Positions 28,484 through 40,221 of a DNA stretch of 64,000 bases are shown here, one piece after another. The notes under the pieces were generated by a model. The model ran no database searches, was not told the DNA's origin, and worked only from the letters and a program-made list of their open reading frames with translations. The translations under genes were made by a program, and so were the position numbers. The stretch lies in contig NZ_JAQVZX010000001.1 of NCBI RefSeq assembly GCF_028707975.1, positions 73 through 64,072 on the forward strand, in the 5' to 3' direction. How positions within the stretch are numbered: the first letter of the stretch is position 1; every line of letters starts with the position of its first letter. The stretch is from Syntrophomonas sp. (GTDB taxonomy: Bacteria; Bacillota; Syntrophomonadia; Syntrophomonadales; Syntrophomonadaceae).

Positions 28484-28545
28484 ACTAACTCCCCATGTCC
28501 GCAACCTTAATAGTGCCACCCGCAGGGTGGAGTACATAACCACCA
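28484..28545 (-). repeat. family B-related sub-element fragment
   Basis: Reverse complement of 19534-19590; contains accttaatagtg. Confidence 0.7.
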
Positions 28546-28629
28546 ATAAAAATAAAGGCATTTACAGGAGGTTATTATAATATATATCAGAAGGACCTTC
28601 CCCGTGATATATTTCCTAACCATTACTGC

Positions 28630-29871
28630 TCATGCTCTTGAAATCCTGGCTCCCAAAGCGCTTAGCTTTTCAACAATTTTTTCATAACCGCGATCAATAT
28701 GTTCACTTTCACTTATTATCGTACTGCCTTCAGCGGTTAAACCTGCTATTAATAAGGCTGCTCCTGCTCTCAAATCCGTAGCTATTACACTGGCTCCACT
28801 AATTTCCTGAATACCCTTGATTATCGCGGTTCTTCCCTCCGTTTTGATTTTTGCTCCCATTCTTAATAGTTCTTGTACATGCATAAAGCGGTTCTCGAAA
28901 ACGGACTCCGTTACTACACTGCTTCCCTCAGCCCGGCTTAGATAGGCCATGAATTGTGCTTGCATATCCGTAGGAAAACCCGGATAAGGTAGGGTTTTAA
29001 TATATATCGGCTTAATCCTTTCCGTCCTATTCACCCTTACCTGATCTTTATTCTCTTCAACTTCAGCCCCACTTTCAATTAATTTGGCAATTACGGCTTT
29101 TAAATGCTCCGGAATTACATTTTTAACAACAATATTTCCAGCGGTTGCAGCAGCCGCAACCATATAAGTCCCGGCTTCAATCCGATCTGGTATGGGGGTA
29201 TAATTAGTGCCGGTCATTTTTTTTACCCCATCTACCTTGATGACATTACTTCCGGCTCCACTTATCTTTCCCCCCATACTATTTATGAAATTTGCCAAAT
29301 CTACTACTTCTGGTTCCAGAGCTGCATTTTCAATATAAGTTCGGCCTTCTGCCATGGAAGCAGCCATTAATATATTTTCGGTAGCCCCAACGCTTGGATA
29401 GTCGAGATATATATGATTTCCTTTGAGTTTCGTAGCTGATGCTATAACATCACCACAAGAAAGATTGATCCTGGCTCCTAGAGCTTGGAAGCCTTTCAAA
29501 TGTAGGTCAATAGGCCGATTACCGATGGCACATCCTCCTGGAAATGATATCCTCACCATCCCTTTTGTGGCCAATAGCGGTCCCATTACCAGAAAAGATG
29601 CTCTGATCTGCCGGACCAATTCGTAGGGAGGATGGTTGTTTTCCGGCATACCTAGAGAGCGTAGAGTTTTTCCGGATTCTTCTACTTTAACCCCCAAAGA
29701 ATTGATTAAGTTTTTTATTATGCAAACATCGTTAATTTCCGGTACTTTATTCACCAAAACTGCTTCATCACTCAAAAGTGAGGCTGCTAAAATCGGTAAA
29801 ATAGCATTTTTTGAAGAACTTACTTCTACTTCGCCACTCATTCTTTCACTATTTTCCACAACAATTACCAA
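28630..29871 (-). CDS. murA: UDP-N-acetylglucosamine 1-carboxyvinyltransferase
   Basis: KNAILP, PGGCAIGNRPIDLH, PGFPTDMQ and DLRAGA motifs. Confidence 0.96.
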   Translation of the reverse strand: MVIVVENSERMSGEVEVSSSKNAILPILAASLLSDEAVLVNKVPEINDVCIIKNLINSLGVKVEESGKTLRSLGMPENNHPPYELVRQIRASFLVMGPLLATKGMVRISFPGGCAIGNRPIDLHLKGFQALGARINLSCGDVIASATKLKGNHIYLDYPSVGATENILMAASMAEGRTYIENAALEPEVVDLANFINSMGGKISGAGSNVIKVDGVKKMTGTNYTPIPDRIEAGTYMVAAAATAGNIVVKNVIPEHLKAVIAKLIESGAEVEENKDQVRVNRTERIKPIYIKTLPYPGFPTDMQAQFMAYLSRAEGSSVVTESVFENRFMHVQELLRMGAKIKTEGRTAIIKGIQEISGASVIATDLRAGAALLIAGLTAEGSTIISESEHIDRGYEKIVEKLSALGARISRA

Positions 29872-30055
29872 TTGGACATCACCTCCTTTATTTTATCGGC
29901 AACGGATGGTCAAAGGAATGAGAATAGCACAACTGCTTCTACCATAAACCTCACCCCTTTCGCCTGCACTTTTGCTGGTATCTTTATCCTTCATGCTTCA
30001 GCAAAGTTGCTGCTCATTTTTTTGCAAAACCTCGGCAAAAGGACAATCTTGACAG

Positions 30056-30796
30056 TTAATAATTCTGCATAATTAAAGGGGAACCGATATAAATATAAGT
30101 TTTCCCCTCCTTCCAATTACTTCTTGCAGCTACCTGAACATTGTATTTTTTTTTGCCCATTAAAACCGGCGGGCTAATTTTTTCAATACTCTGGCTGTAT
30201 CCGGTCATGCTGACAATATTTTTTTCATGGAAACTTTCCACTACTTCAGATTCTAAAGTTTTCATTACCGTATGTAATATCTTCTGCTGTGACTCTGTGC
30301 TTAGGCTATGGTCGATTCTTCCTGTGAACAAATAATACGAAGTCCAGTCCAGATTGCTTCCATCACTTAATATTTTGGGCAGACTTCGCAGGTAACTACT
30401 GCTGCTTTTGCTAGAAACAAGGCTTAAAATAAAGTAGGTCTCGCCGGATTGTTCATCTGATTGGCCTGTTAGCTGAATTCTAAAGTCCCCGTAAGAGGAG
30501 CAAAATGTCATGGAGAGCGGGTACTTCCTATTAACAAAGCCTTTAGAATTGACTGGGAAATTTAGTGTTTCCAGAATATTTTCCATGCTTTGACGAATTT
30601 CTTCTGATGTAGATGTCTTTTTTATTCTTGCCCAGCAATCCAGACGCGATTCAAGTGAAATTGCACCGATTGATGCAAAAGATAGGTAATATGGTGAGCG
30701 TTCTAAAACTTCCTTTTCCTGCTTGCTGTTAATAATTTGATTGCAAAATGCAGAAACAAGAATAAATGATAGAATAATAACTATAACCCTCCGCAA
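30056..30796 (-). CDS. YwmB-like exported protein
   Basis: C-terminal NVQVAAR...IYIGSPLI; upstream of murA as in other Firmicutes. Confidence 0.75.
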   Translation of the reverse strand: MRRVIVIILSFILVSAFCNQIINSKQEKEVLERSPYYLSFASIGAISLESRLDCWARIKKTSTSEEIRQSMENILETLNFPVNSKGFVNRKYPLSMTFCSSYGDFRIQLTGQSDEQSGETYFILSLVSSKSSSSYLRSLPKILSDGSNLDWTSYYLFTGRIDHSLSTESQQKILHTVMKTLESEVVESFHEKNIVSMTGYSQSIEKISPPVLMGKKKYNVQVAARSNWKEGKTYIYIGSPLIMQNY

Positions 30797-30931
30797 ACAA
30801 ACACCCCCAGACCTTTTATTATAAATTCTTGCCGGGGAGAGAACGCTTTATTCCATCACTTATTTCAAACAGAAAAGAAAAGACCCGACCTTTGGTCAGG
30901 CAGTGCTTGCCAGTCTTTATTGAGTAAAAAG

Positions 30932-31201
30932 CTATTTAGCGCTTTCATCCTGGTCCACAGGCTTGGGCTCATCCTCATTATTCTTTTCCGTTTTCTGCTC
31001 TTCATTCTCTTGGGCACTTTCCAATTCTCTTGCCAATGCTTCCTGTCTCTCTATCGCGAGCTGCTGCAAATAGGCTTCTCGGCGTTGTTTTGCCGCCAGA
31101 GCACTTTTCTCTAATTTTATGGTCTGCCGCCAAATTAAAACGGCAAATAGCATAGTTATTATAAAAACAACACCAATAAGAATAAGAAACATGGTTCTCA
31201 T
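30932..31201 (-). CDS. small single-TM protein with coiled-coil/acidic tail
   Basis: Strong RBS AAGGAGGAG; TM helix followed by a charged tail. Confidence 0.75.
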   Translation of the reverse strand: MRTMFLILIGVVFIITMLFAVLIWRQTIKLEKSALAAKQRREAYLQQLAIERQEALARELESAQENEEQKTEKNNEDEPKPVDQDESAK

Positions 31202-31237
31202 TTAGCTCCTCCTTTTTGCCGCCCTTCCTGAAACCCA

Positions 31238-31447
31238 TCACCACCAATTGCTATCATCATCCCGTTCAATCTCCTCATCCTCCCAGATCCGCCACATACT
31301 CCCCTGTTTCTCTTTCTCTTTTTGTTTCTGCTTTCTGGCTCTCTCCTCAATTTTGTGGGTGGTCTGCCATAGAAACAAATAAAAGAGTCCTTTTAAAAAA
31401 AAGTAGCACAGGGTAATGATGATCAAATACTTTACAATTCGATTCAT
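31238..31447 (-). CDS. small single-TM protein (start uncertain)
   Basis: MNRIVKYLIIITLCYFFLKGLFYLFLWQTTHKIEE; the ORF-track extension runs into the MITE. Confidence 0.55.
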   Translation of the reverse strand: MNRIVKYLIIITLCYFFLKGLFYLFLWQTTHKIEERARKQKQKEKEKQGSMWRIWEDEEIERDDDSNWW

Positions 31448-31561
31448 ATTGAACTCATAATTGAATGCAAAAGATGTTACCGACAGAAAACTACTGGCAA
31501 TGATCTTTTCCAAAGGTATATGAATTTTTAACTCCTCCCAATAAATATGTATATCTATATT

Positions 31562-31852
31562 GACTCTGCTGCAAAAACCCCTTTTTATGCAGAAGGGTTG
31601 CATAAATATACAAAACGCTGGCGAAGGTGAAAGCGGGCGCTCGAAGACCGCCCTTACAATGCCTTGCAGTCGCTATTAAGGTTGTTACGCCTGATTCGAA
31701 ACGACACGGGGGTCGTTCCCTACATAGCCAGCGATCGCTATTATGGGTGCACCCTGCGGGTACGCCTGGTGCTCCCTTCGGTCGCTATTATGGTTGCTGA
31801 GCGGTATATTTATATAAGCCAATGAATATTTATAACTTTTTGCAGTGGAATC
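31562..31852 (+). mobile_element. MITE-like family B, full copy with 7 bp target duplication CTATATT
   Basis: ctatatt[gactctgctgcaaaaa ... tttttgcagtggaatc]ctatatt. Confidence 0.92.
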
Positions 31853-31890
31853 CTATATTGAATTATTATATAATCTAATCCTCAAATTTG

Positions 31891-31924
31891 AAAGCCGGAA
31901 GGAAACATTTTTCCTTCCGGCTTT
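31891..31924 (-). terminator. atp operon terminator
   Basis: aaagccggaaggaaa...tttccttccggcttt after atpC. Confidence 0.8.
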
Positions 31925-31958
31925 AACTTTTGATTGCCATTCCAGATTTTACAGGATA

Positions 31959-32372
31959 CTAAAGGGGTTTCTCGGTGGCCCTGATCCGGGCTATGGCTCT
32001 CTGCAGAGCCATCTTGGCACGAGCATGATTTATTTCCTCGCTTCTTACTTCAAGCCTTTTTTCTGCCCTTTCCTTAGCGGCCTTGGCTCTCAGTACATCG
32101 ATTTCATCCCCGTTTTCAGCAGTCTCGGCTAGAACCCGGGCACTATTATCAATAACTTCTATAAACCCACCGCTAATTGCCATACGCCTGGCCGCACCAG
32201 TAGAGTTTTCATAACGCAATACACCGATATTTAGTGCTGCTACCAAAGGGGCATGGTTTTTCATAATTCCCAGTTCGCCTTCTATACCTGGAGCCACCAT
32301 AAACTGGATCTCGTCCCGGTATAGTATCCTTTCCGGAGTAACTACTTCCAGCATAAAGGTACTCTCTGCCAT
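31959..32372 (-). CDS. atpC: F1 ATP synthase epsilon subunit
   Basis: EVVTPER and GELGIMKNHAPL motifs. Confidence 0.96.
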   Translation of the reverse strand: MAESTFMLEVVTPERILYRDEIQFMVAPGIEGELGIMKNHAPLVAALNIGVLRYENSTGAARRMAISGGFIEVIDNSARVLAETAENGDEIDVLRAKAAKERAEKRLEVRSEEINHARAKMALQRAIARIRATEKPL

Positions 32373-32375
32373 AGG

Positions 32376-33809
<1,434 letters not shown>

Positions 33810-34706
33810 CTACTTTCCTCCTTTATTGAGGGCTTCGGCACCACCAACAATGTCGAGGATTTCATCAGTGATGGCCGCCTGTCTTACCTTGTTCATTTCC
33901 AGAGTAAGGTTGCTAATAATTTCCTTAGCATTTTCAGTAGCATTACCCATAGCTGTCATTCTTGCTCCCTGCTCGCTGGCTTTACCTTCCAGCATAGCGT
34001 TGTATATCTGACTACCCACATATCTGGGCAGTAATGCCAGCAGAATGTCATCGGCACTGGGCTCATAAATGTAATCCACTTGCCTTGTTTCTCTGATATC
34101 ACTGCTGTCCACTTCCTGGGTAGGGGGTTCTATGGGTAAAAGCTTGGTCACAGTTGGTATCTGGCGCAATACGTTAACAAATCGGGCATAGACGAGGTAT
34201 ACTTCATCTACTTCCTCATTCTCATAAGCATTGGTAACATATTGTCCTATTTCACGGGCATCGGCATAACTAATATTATCGCCCAAATTAACAAACTCTG
34301 CATCAACACCGCCGCGTTTACGATAGAAATCGCGCGATTTCCTGCCTACAGCAATGATACCGGTTTCAACTTTTCTCTCATCCTCGGCAATGGCATGATT
34401 GACGGCCCGGATAATATTGGTATTATAACCACCACAGAGGCCGCGATCCGCTGTTACCACAATATATCCAACTTTACGTACATCTTCTCTTTTTGCCAGC
34501 AATGGATGCCGAACATCAAAAGATACCGCCGCCAGCCGGGCCAGGGTTCCCTTCAATGTCTCGTTATAAGGTCGGGACGACTCGGCCGCTTCCTGAGCAC
34601 GCCGCAACTTGGCCGCCGCCACCATCTTCATGGCTTTGGTAATCTGCTGGGTATTTTGAACACTTCTTATCCTGCGCTTAAATTCTCTTACACCTGCTCC
34701 TGCCAT
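33810..34706 (-). CDS. atpG: F1 ATP synthase gamma subunit
   Basis: ITKAMKMVAAAK, DRGLCG and RQAAITDEI motifs. Confidence 0.97.
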   Translation of the reverse strand: MAGAGVREFKRRIRSVQNTQQITKAMKMVAAAKLRRAQEAAESSRPYNETLKGTLARLAAVSFDVRHPLLAKREDVRKVGYIVVTADRGLCGGYNTNIIRAVNHAIAEDERKVETGIIAVGRKSRDFYRKRGGVDAEFVNLGDNISYADAREIGQYVTNAYENEEVDEVYLVYARFVNVLRQIPTVTKLLPIEPPTQEVDSSDIRETRQVDYIYEPSADDILLALLPRYVGSQIYNAMLEGKASEQGARMTAMGNATENAKEIISNLTLEMNKVRQAAITDEILDIVGGAEALNKGGK

Positions 34707-34718
34707 TCAGATCACCAC

Positions 34719-36233
<1,515 letters not shown>

Positions 36234-36255
36234 TTATGTGCTCACCCCTATCGCA

Positions 36256-36804
36256 TTAACTTATCTTTGCTTGTTTTAGTTGTTCTTTTAACATTTCGAG
36301 TTTCTTGGCAACGGTGGCATCCACGATCTGGTCACCTATTCGTATTTTCAAGCCACCTATCAGCCCGGGATCAACCTTCAAACTAAGTTGAACCGTCTTC
36401 CCGGTTTTAGCTGAGAGATTCTGTTCCAGGTTTTTCATGTCCGCTTCCGCAACTGGAATCGCCGCAGTCAGCTCAGCCTTGGTAATATTCCTTAATTCAT
36501 CGGCCATGTCCTGGTACTCCTGACAGATAACAGCAATGTAAGCTTCCCGGCGTTTGTCAATGATCATATTTAAGAAGTTCAAGCTAATTTGGGAAACCTG
36601 TCCGCCAAAAATCTTATTAGCCACTTCCTTTTTGGCTTTGGCCGGTATTAAAAAATGGGCAAAGTATTCTGGTAAATTTTCGGTGGATTCAATAACACTA
36701 ACTATTTTTTCCAGCTCCTGCTGAAGTTCGTCTACTTTTTTCGTTTCCCGAGCAATGCTAAAAAAAGCTTCAGCATAGCGCCTGGCGACGCTCTTATTTA
36801 ACAT
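36256..36804 (-). CDS. atpH: F1 ATP synthase delta subunit
   Basis: VARRYAEAFF and VDPGLIGG motifs. Confidence 0.95.
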   Translation of the reverse strand: MLNKSVARRYAEAFFSIARETKKVDELQQELEKIVSVIESTENLPEYFAHFLIPAKAKKEVANKIFGGQVSQISLNFLNMIIDKRREAYIAVICQEYQDMADELRNITKAELTAAIPVAEADMKNLEQNLSAKTGKTVQLSLKVDPGLIGGLKIRIGDQIVDATVAKKLEMLKEQLKQAKIS

Positions 36805-37418
36805 AATAGATCGCCCGCCTCATTAACAAATTGTTTAGCCAGGTTTTTGTGGTCATCATCATTAATGGCCCGGTTCAATACCTTTTCCGCAGCCAAAATA
36901 GCCAGGGAAACGGCCGCATCTTTGAGCTCCAGCTTGGCCTGCTCGGTGGCAGCCTGGATCTCTGCCGTTGCTTTGTTTTTAATTAATGTGGACTCTTCTT
37001 TAGCCTTGGCCATGATTTCGTTTTTGGACTCTTCTGCTGCTTTGGTCGCTCGAGCAACAATTTCTTGAGCCTCTTTACGGGATTCTGCCAGGTTGCTGGC
37101 GGTTTCTTTTCTCATCTGTTCTACTTCTAGTTTGACCTCTTCTGCATGCTTCAAAGAACCTTCAATGGCATTAGTCCGCTGTTCCAGCATATTGTTGATG
37201 GGACCATAAGCGAACTTGTACATGAGAGCCAGCAGAATCAGGAAGTTAACTGCCGACCATCCGATTGCATAAAGGTTTCCGAATGCAGGCGTGTTGCCTT
37301 CCGGTTGCGGGACCGGGACATTACCTCCGCCTGATGCCATACAGAAGGTGGCAAATCCCAATATCATAACCATGGTTACGAGGAGGACCGATAAATAGAA
37401 TCTCCTGTTCCTTCTCAC
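36798..37418 (-). CDS. atpF: F0 ATP synthase b subunit with N-terminal extension
   Basis: NFLILL...FAYGPI followed by a coiled coil; GTG start after GGAGG. Confidence 0.92.
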   Translation of the reverse strand: MRRNRRFYLSVLLVTMVMILGFATFCMASGGGNVPVPQPEGNTPAFGNLYAIGWSAVNFLILLALMYKFAYGPINNMLEQRTNAIEGSLKHAEEVKLEVEQMRKETASNLAESRKEAQEIVARATKAAEESKNEIMAKAKEESTLIKNKATAEIQAATEQAKLELKDAAVSLAILAAEKVLNRAINDDDHKNLAKQFVNEAGDLLC

Positions 37419-37543
37419 GGATGTGCTACCTCCAATCTCAAGAGCAAAATAGTTTTTGGGGCGATTAAAGGTTCTAAGTTCTATACAGTTCTTAAACGCC
37501 TTTATCGCCCCGGAAAAATCGAGTTCTGTTTTTACTCCATAAC

Positions 37544-37759
37544 TTAGCCTTTACCCATAAGCATGAATGCAATGAGAAGACCATAAATAGTCAGGGTTTC
37601 AATAAAAGCCAAGACTATGAAGAGAAGGGTTCTTACATCTCCTCCGACTTCAGGCTGCCGGGCAATTGCTTCAAAAGCTTTACCTCCAGCAATGCCCATT
37701 CCTATACCACCACCAATACCGGCAATTGATACAGCCAAACCAGCGCCTAAAAATGCCAT
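37544..37759 (-). CDS. atpE: F0 ATP synthase c subunit
   Basis: GxGxGxG, ARQPE and IETLTIY motifs; ATG 37759 after GGAGGG. Confidence 0.96.
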   Translation of the reverse strand: MAFLGAGLAVSIAGIGGGIGMGIAGGKAFEAIARQPEVGGDVRTLLFIVLAFIETLTIYGLLIAFMLMGKG

Positions 37760-37816
37760 CTTTTTCCCTCCTTTCATTGCTCAGTCATATTATTCGTTGA
37801 GCTATATTTTTAATTT

Positions 37817-38500
37817 TTAATGACCCTCTCCAGCAGCAGCCGCTATATAACTGGCTGATAGGATGGTAAATACTATGGCCTGGATAGCACCCAGAAGCAA
37901 ACTCAAGGCCATAATCAAAGATGGCACAACAAATGGCGCCATAAATAACAGATAAGCTATAACCATTTCTTCGCCGAATATATTACCGAATAGACGGACG
38001 GTAAGGGACAACGGGTGCGCCACCTCTTCAATCAGGTTCAAGGGCAACATAGCCCAGCTCGGGCTCACAAAATGACCGAAATAATGTCCTCCGTGCTCGG
38101 AGAATCCGGCGATATGAACCGCGAAGAATGTAATTAAAGCTAAGGTCATGGTAACGTTCCAGTTACTGGTGGGAGGCTGAAAGCCTTCAATGCGGGCTGC
38201 TCCGGGAATGAGTCCGCTGTAGTTGCTCAGTAAGATGAACAGGAAGAACGTCGTAAGTAACGGCGCCCATTTCTTGGCAACGCTTTCTTTATCCATTAAC
38301 TGAGTAAAGAAGTCATAAGTCCACAGTATAATGGCTTCAAAAGCATTTTGTAAACCCTTAGGAACCATCTGCATGTTTTTCGTTGCGGTCATGGCTATAA
38401 TACCGATGAAAGCTATTATAACCCATTCTGTAACAATTAGATGGTCAACTGGAATGGGACCAAGATAAAACAAGGGACTATCCCACATACCAAATATCAT
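37817..38500 (-). CDS. atpB: F0 ATP synthase a subunit
   Basis: SLTVRLFGN and QAIVFTILSASY motifs. Confidence 0.95.
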   Translation of the reverse strand: MIFGMWDSPLFYLGPIPVDHLIVTEWVIIAFIGIIAMTATKNMQMVPKGLQNAFEAIILWTYDFFTQLMDKESVAKKWAPLLTTFFLFILLSNYSGLIPGAARIEGFQPPTSNWNVTMTLALITFFAVHIAGFSEHGGHYFGHFVSPSWAMLPLNLIEEVAHPLSLTVRLFGNIFGEEMVIAYLLFMAPFVVPSLIMALSLLLGAIQAIVFTILSASYIAAAAGEGH

Positions 38501-38658
38501 TTCTCTTTCCCCCCTTCCTTACATGTACTTATCGCAGTTTTGCCAGCCCCTCATCCCCGGACTGAGCGCAAAACTTTAGACTCGTGAAAACTATTGAGAT
38601 TTAATCCACTATTTAGATTAGCTGCTTTCCAAGAATCAAGCCAAATTTACCATCAATG

Positions 38659-38922
38659 TTACTCTTTATCTCTTTCAGAAGTTTTCTCCTTGGTCTCTTT
38701 AATACTCTTCTTTATGGGAAAACTCTTTTCCCACATCGCCTTCATGCCTGTAGCAACTCCCAACATAAAACCAGCCACGGTCAACCATGGCTCAGTGTCG
38801 AATTTTCCATCCAGCCACCTGCCGGCAAAATATCCGATGGCTACCGCTGCTGCAACTGTAGTAGCCAGGTTTACCGCATCACTAAGTCCTCTGACCCAGT
38901 TTTTGCTGCCTTTTTCCGCCAT
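38659..38922 (-). CDS. AtpZ/AtpI-family (ATPase gene 1) membrane protein
   Basis: GYFAGRWLDGKFDTEPW motif; first gene of the atp operon. Confidence 0.85.
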   Translation of the reverse strand: MAEKGSKNWVRGLSDAVNLATTVAAAVAIGYFAGRWLDGKFDTEPWLTVAGFMLGVATGMKAMWEKSFPIKKSIKETKEKTSERDKE

Positions 38923-38965
38923 TAACTCACACCTTTTGTCCCATACTGCAGTATCCCCTATTTCT

Positions 38966-39143
38966 ATTCGTCACAAATAGGCAAAATCCTTTTTTCACAA
39001 AATAAAAATTTTCGTTTAAAAACAAATGCTGTTTCTCCCCAAAATGACAAAGAACTTGATCTATAGATAATGGAAATCTGTCATCCCCTTCAGTTTTTCA
39101 TACATAAGTATTTTTAATTCGTTACGGGAAGGAAAAATCCTTT
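38966..39143 (-). promoter_or_regulatory. two tandem sigma-H-like promoters upstream of the atp operon
   Basis: AAAGGATTTT...ACGAAT with identical AGGA-17-GAAT spacing at 38966-38992 and 39117-39143. Confidence 0.55.
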
Positions 39144-39330
39144 TATTACTTTATTCTATTTCGACTTTTTTAGCCAGGTCTAAAAGTAATACCGTCCTCA
39201 TACCTTGAAAAACCGCTAATCAAACCGGCTTGTTGAATAAGATGGTCGATCTTTTTTAACCGGGCGCTACTGTGTATATATTACGATTAGCTTGTCTTCA
39301 AGTTCCATTATAATCTTTTTACAAAGCTTT

Positions 39331-39642
39331 TCATCGGGATAAATATCCTTTGCGTTCCAGCTTCCCCCAATGATCCTTTAACATTTCTTCAATGCTTAGA
39401 TCAAATTGTTCTTCCATCACAAACATCATGGTAATTGCCGTTTGAGCCACATCCAAAAGTTCCCGCGCAATTTGTCTTACCACTATCTCATCGTTAACTT
39501 CCACTTTTTCACCGCTCATTCCCCGGTATTTGCCTATCACCTGTGCCAGCTCACCGGCCTCTTCCATAAGTTTCAAGGCGGTTGATTCCAGAGTAGGGTT
39601 AAGTTGGTTAAGTCTGGGTAAGGACAGGGTCTTGGTTTCCAT
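39331..39642 (-). CDS. MazG-like nucleotide pyrophosphohydrolase
   Basis: KLMEEAGELAQ...ELLDVAQ motifs. Confidence 0.85.
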   Translation of the reverse strand: METKTLSLPRLNQLNPTLESTALKLMEEAGELAQVIGKYRGMSGEKVEVNDEIVVRQIARELLDVAQTAITMMFVMEEQFDLSIEEMLKDHWGKLERKGYLSR

Positions 39643-39682
39643 AATATATTACCACCATTATTCTATAATTGATTAAACAGTA

Positions 39683-40162
39683 TTATCTGTTATGGTTAAC
39701 CCCTTCGCTTTGCTGGGGTTTGAGTAGTAGCTCAATACCTGCTTCCTTTAAGAATTTTATGGCCAAATCATCGTCAAAATTACCCCGATGTACAATTCTT
39801 ATTATACCAGCATTTATTATCATACGGGCGCAAATAATACAGGGCTGATTGGTGCAATAAAGTACAGCTTTCGAAGTGCTTACTCCATAAAAGGCGGCAT
39901 TTATTAAAGCATTTTGTTCAGCGTGTACCCCCCGGCAAAGTTCATAGCGCTGTCCCGAGGGAATACCACGCTCCTCACGCAAACAGCCTATATCCAGGCA
40001 ATGTAAGAGTCCACGCGGGGCTCCATTATAGCCGGTGGAAATAATGCGCTCATTCTTTACCAGCACTGCCCCTACCTGCCTTCTCAAACAAGTGGAACGT
40101 GTTGCCACCAAATCAGCCAATTGCAAAAAATACTCATCCCAATCGGGCCTGTTGCTAACCAT
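39683..40162 (-). CDS. deoxycytidylate (dCMP) deaminase family protein
   Basis: [14 protein letters not shown] and PCIIC motifs. Confidence 0.92.
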   Translation of the reverse strand: MVSNRPDWDEYFLQLADLVATRSTCLRRQVGAVLVKNERIISTGYNGAPRGLLHCLDIGCLREERGIPSGQRYELCRGVHAEQNALINAAFYGVSTSKAVLYCTNQPCIICARMIINAGIIRIVHRGNFDDDLAIKFLKEAGIELLLKPQQSEGVNHNR

Positions 40163-40221
40163 TTTCTACCTCTACTTTGGAGTTGTCAAGGGGAAGGTTC
40201 TCTTGACATCCCTTTGTTTTC

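Noticed and set aside
31669-31796. Repeat-spacer pattern of GTCGCTATTA(A/T)GG inside the MITE as a CRISPR
   Set aside because: The repeat is too short and the spacers are shared modules across copies rather than unique sequences.
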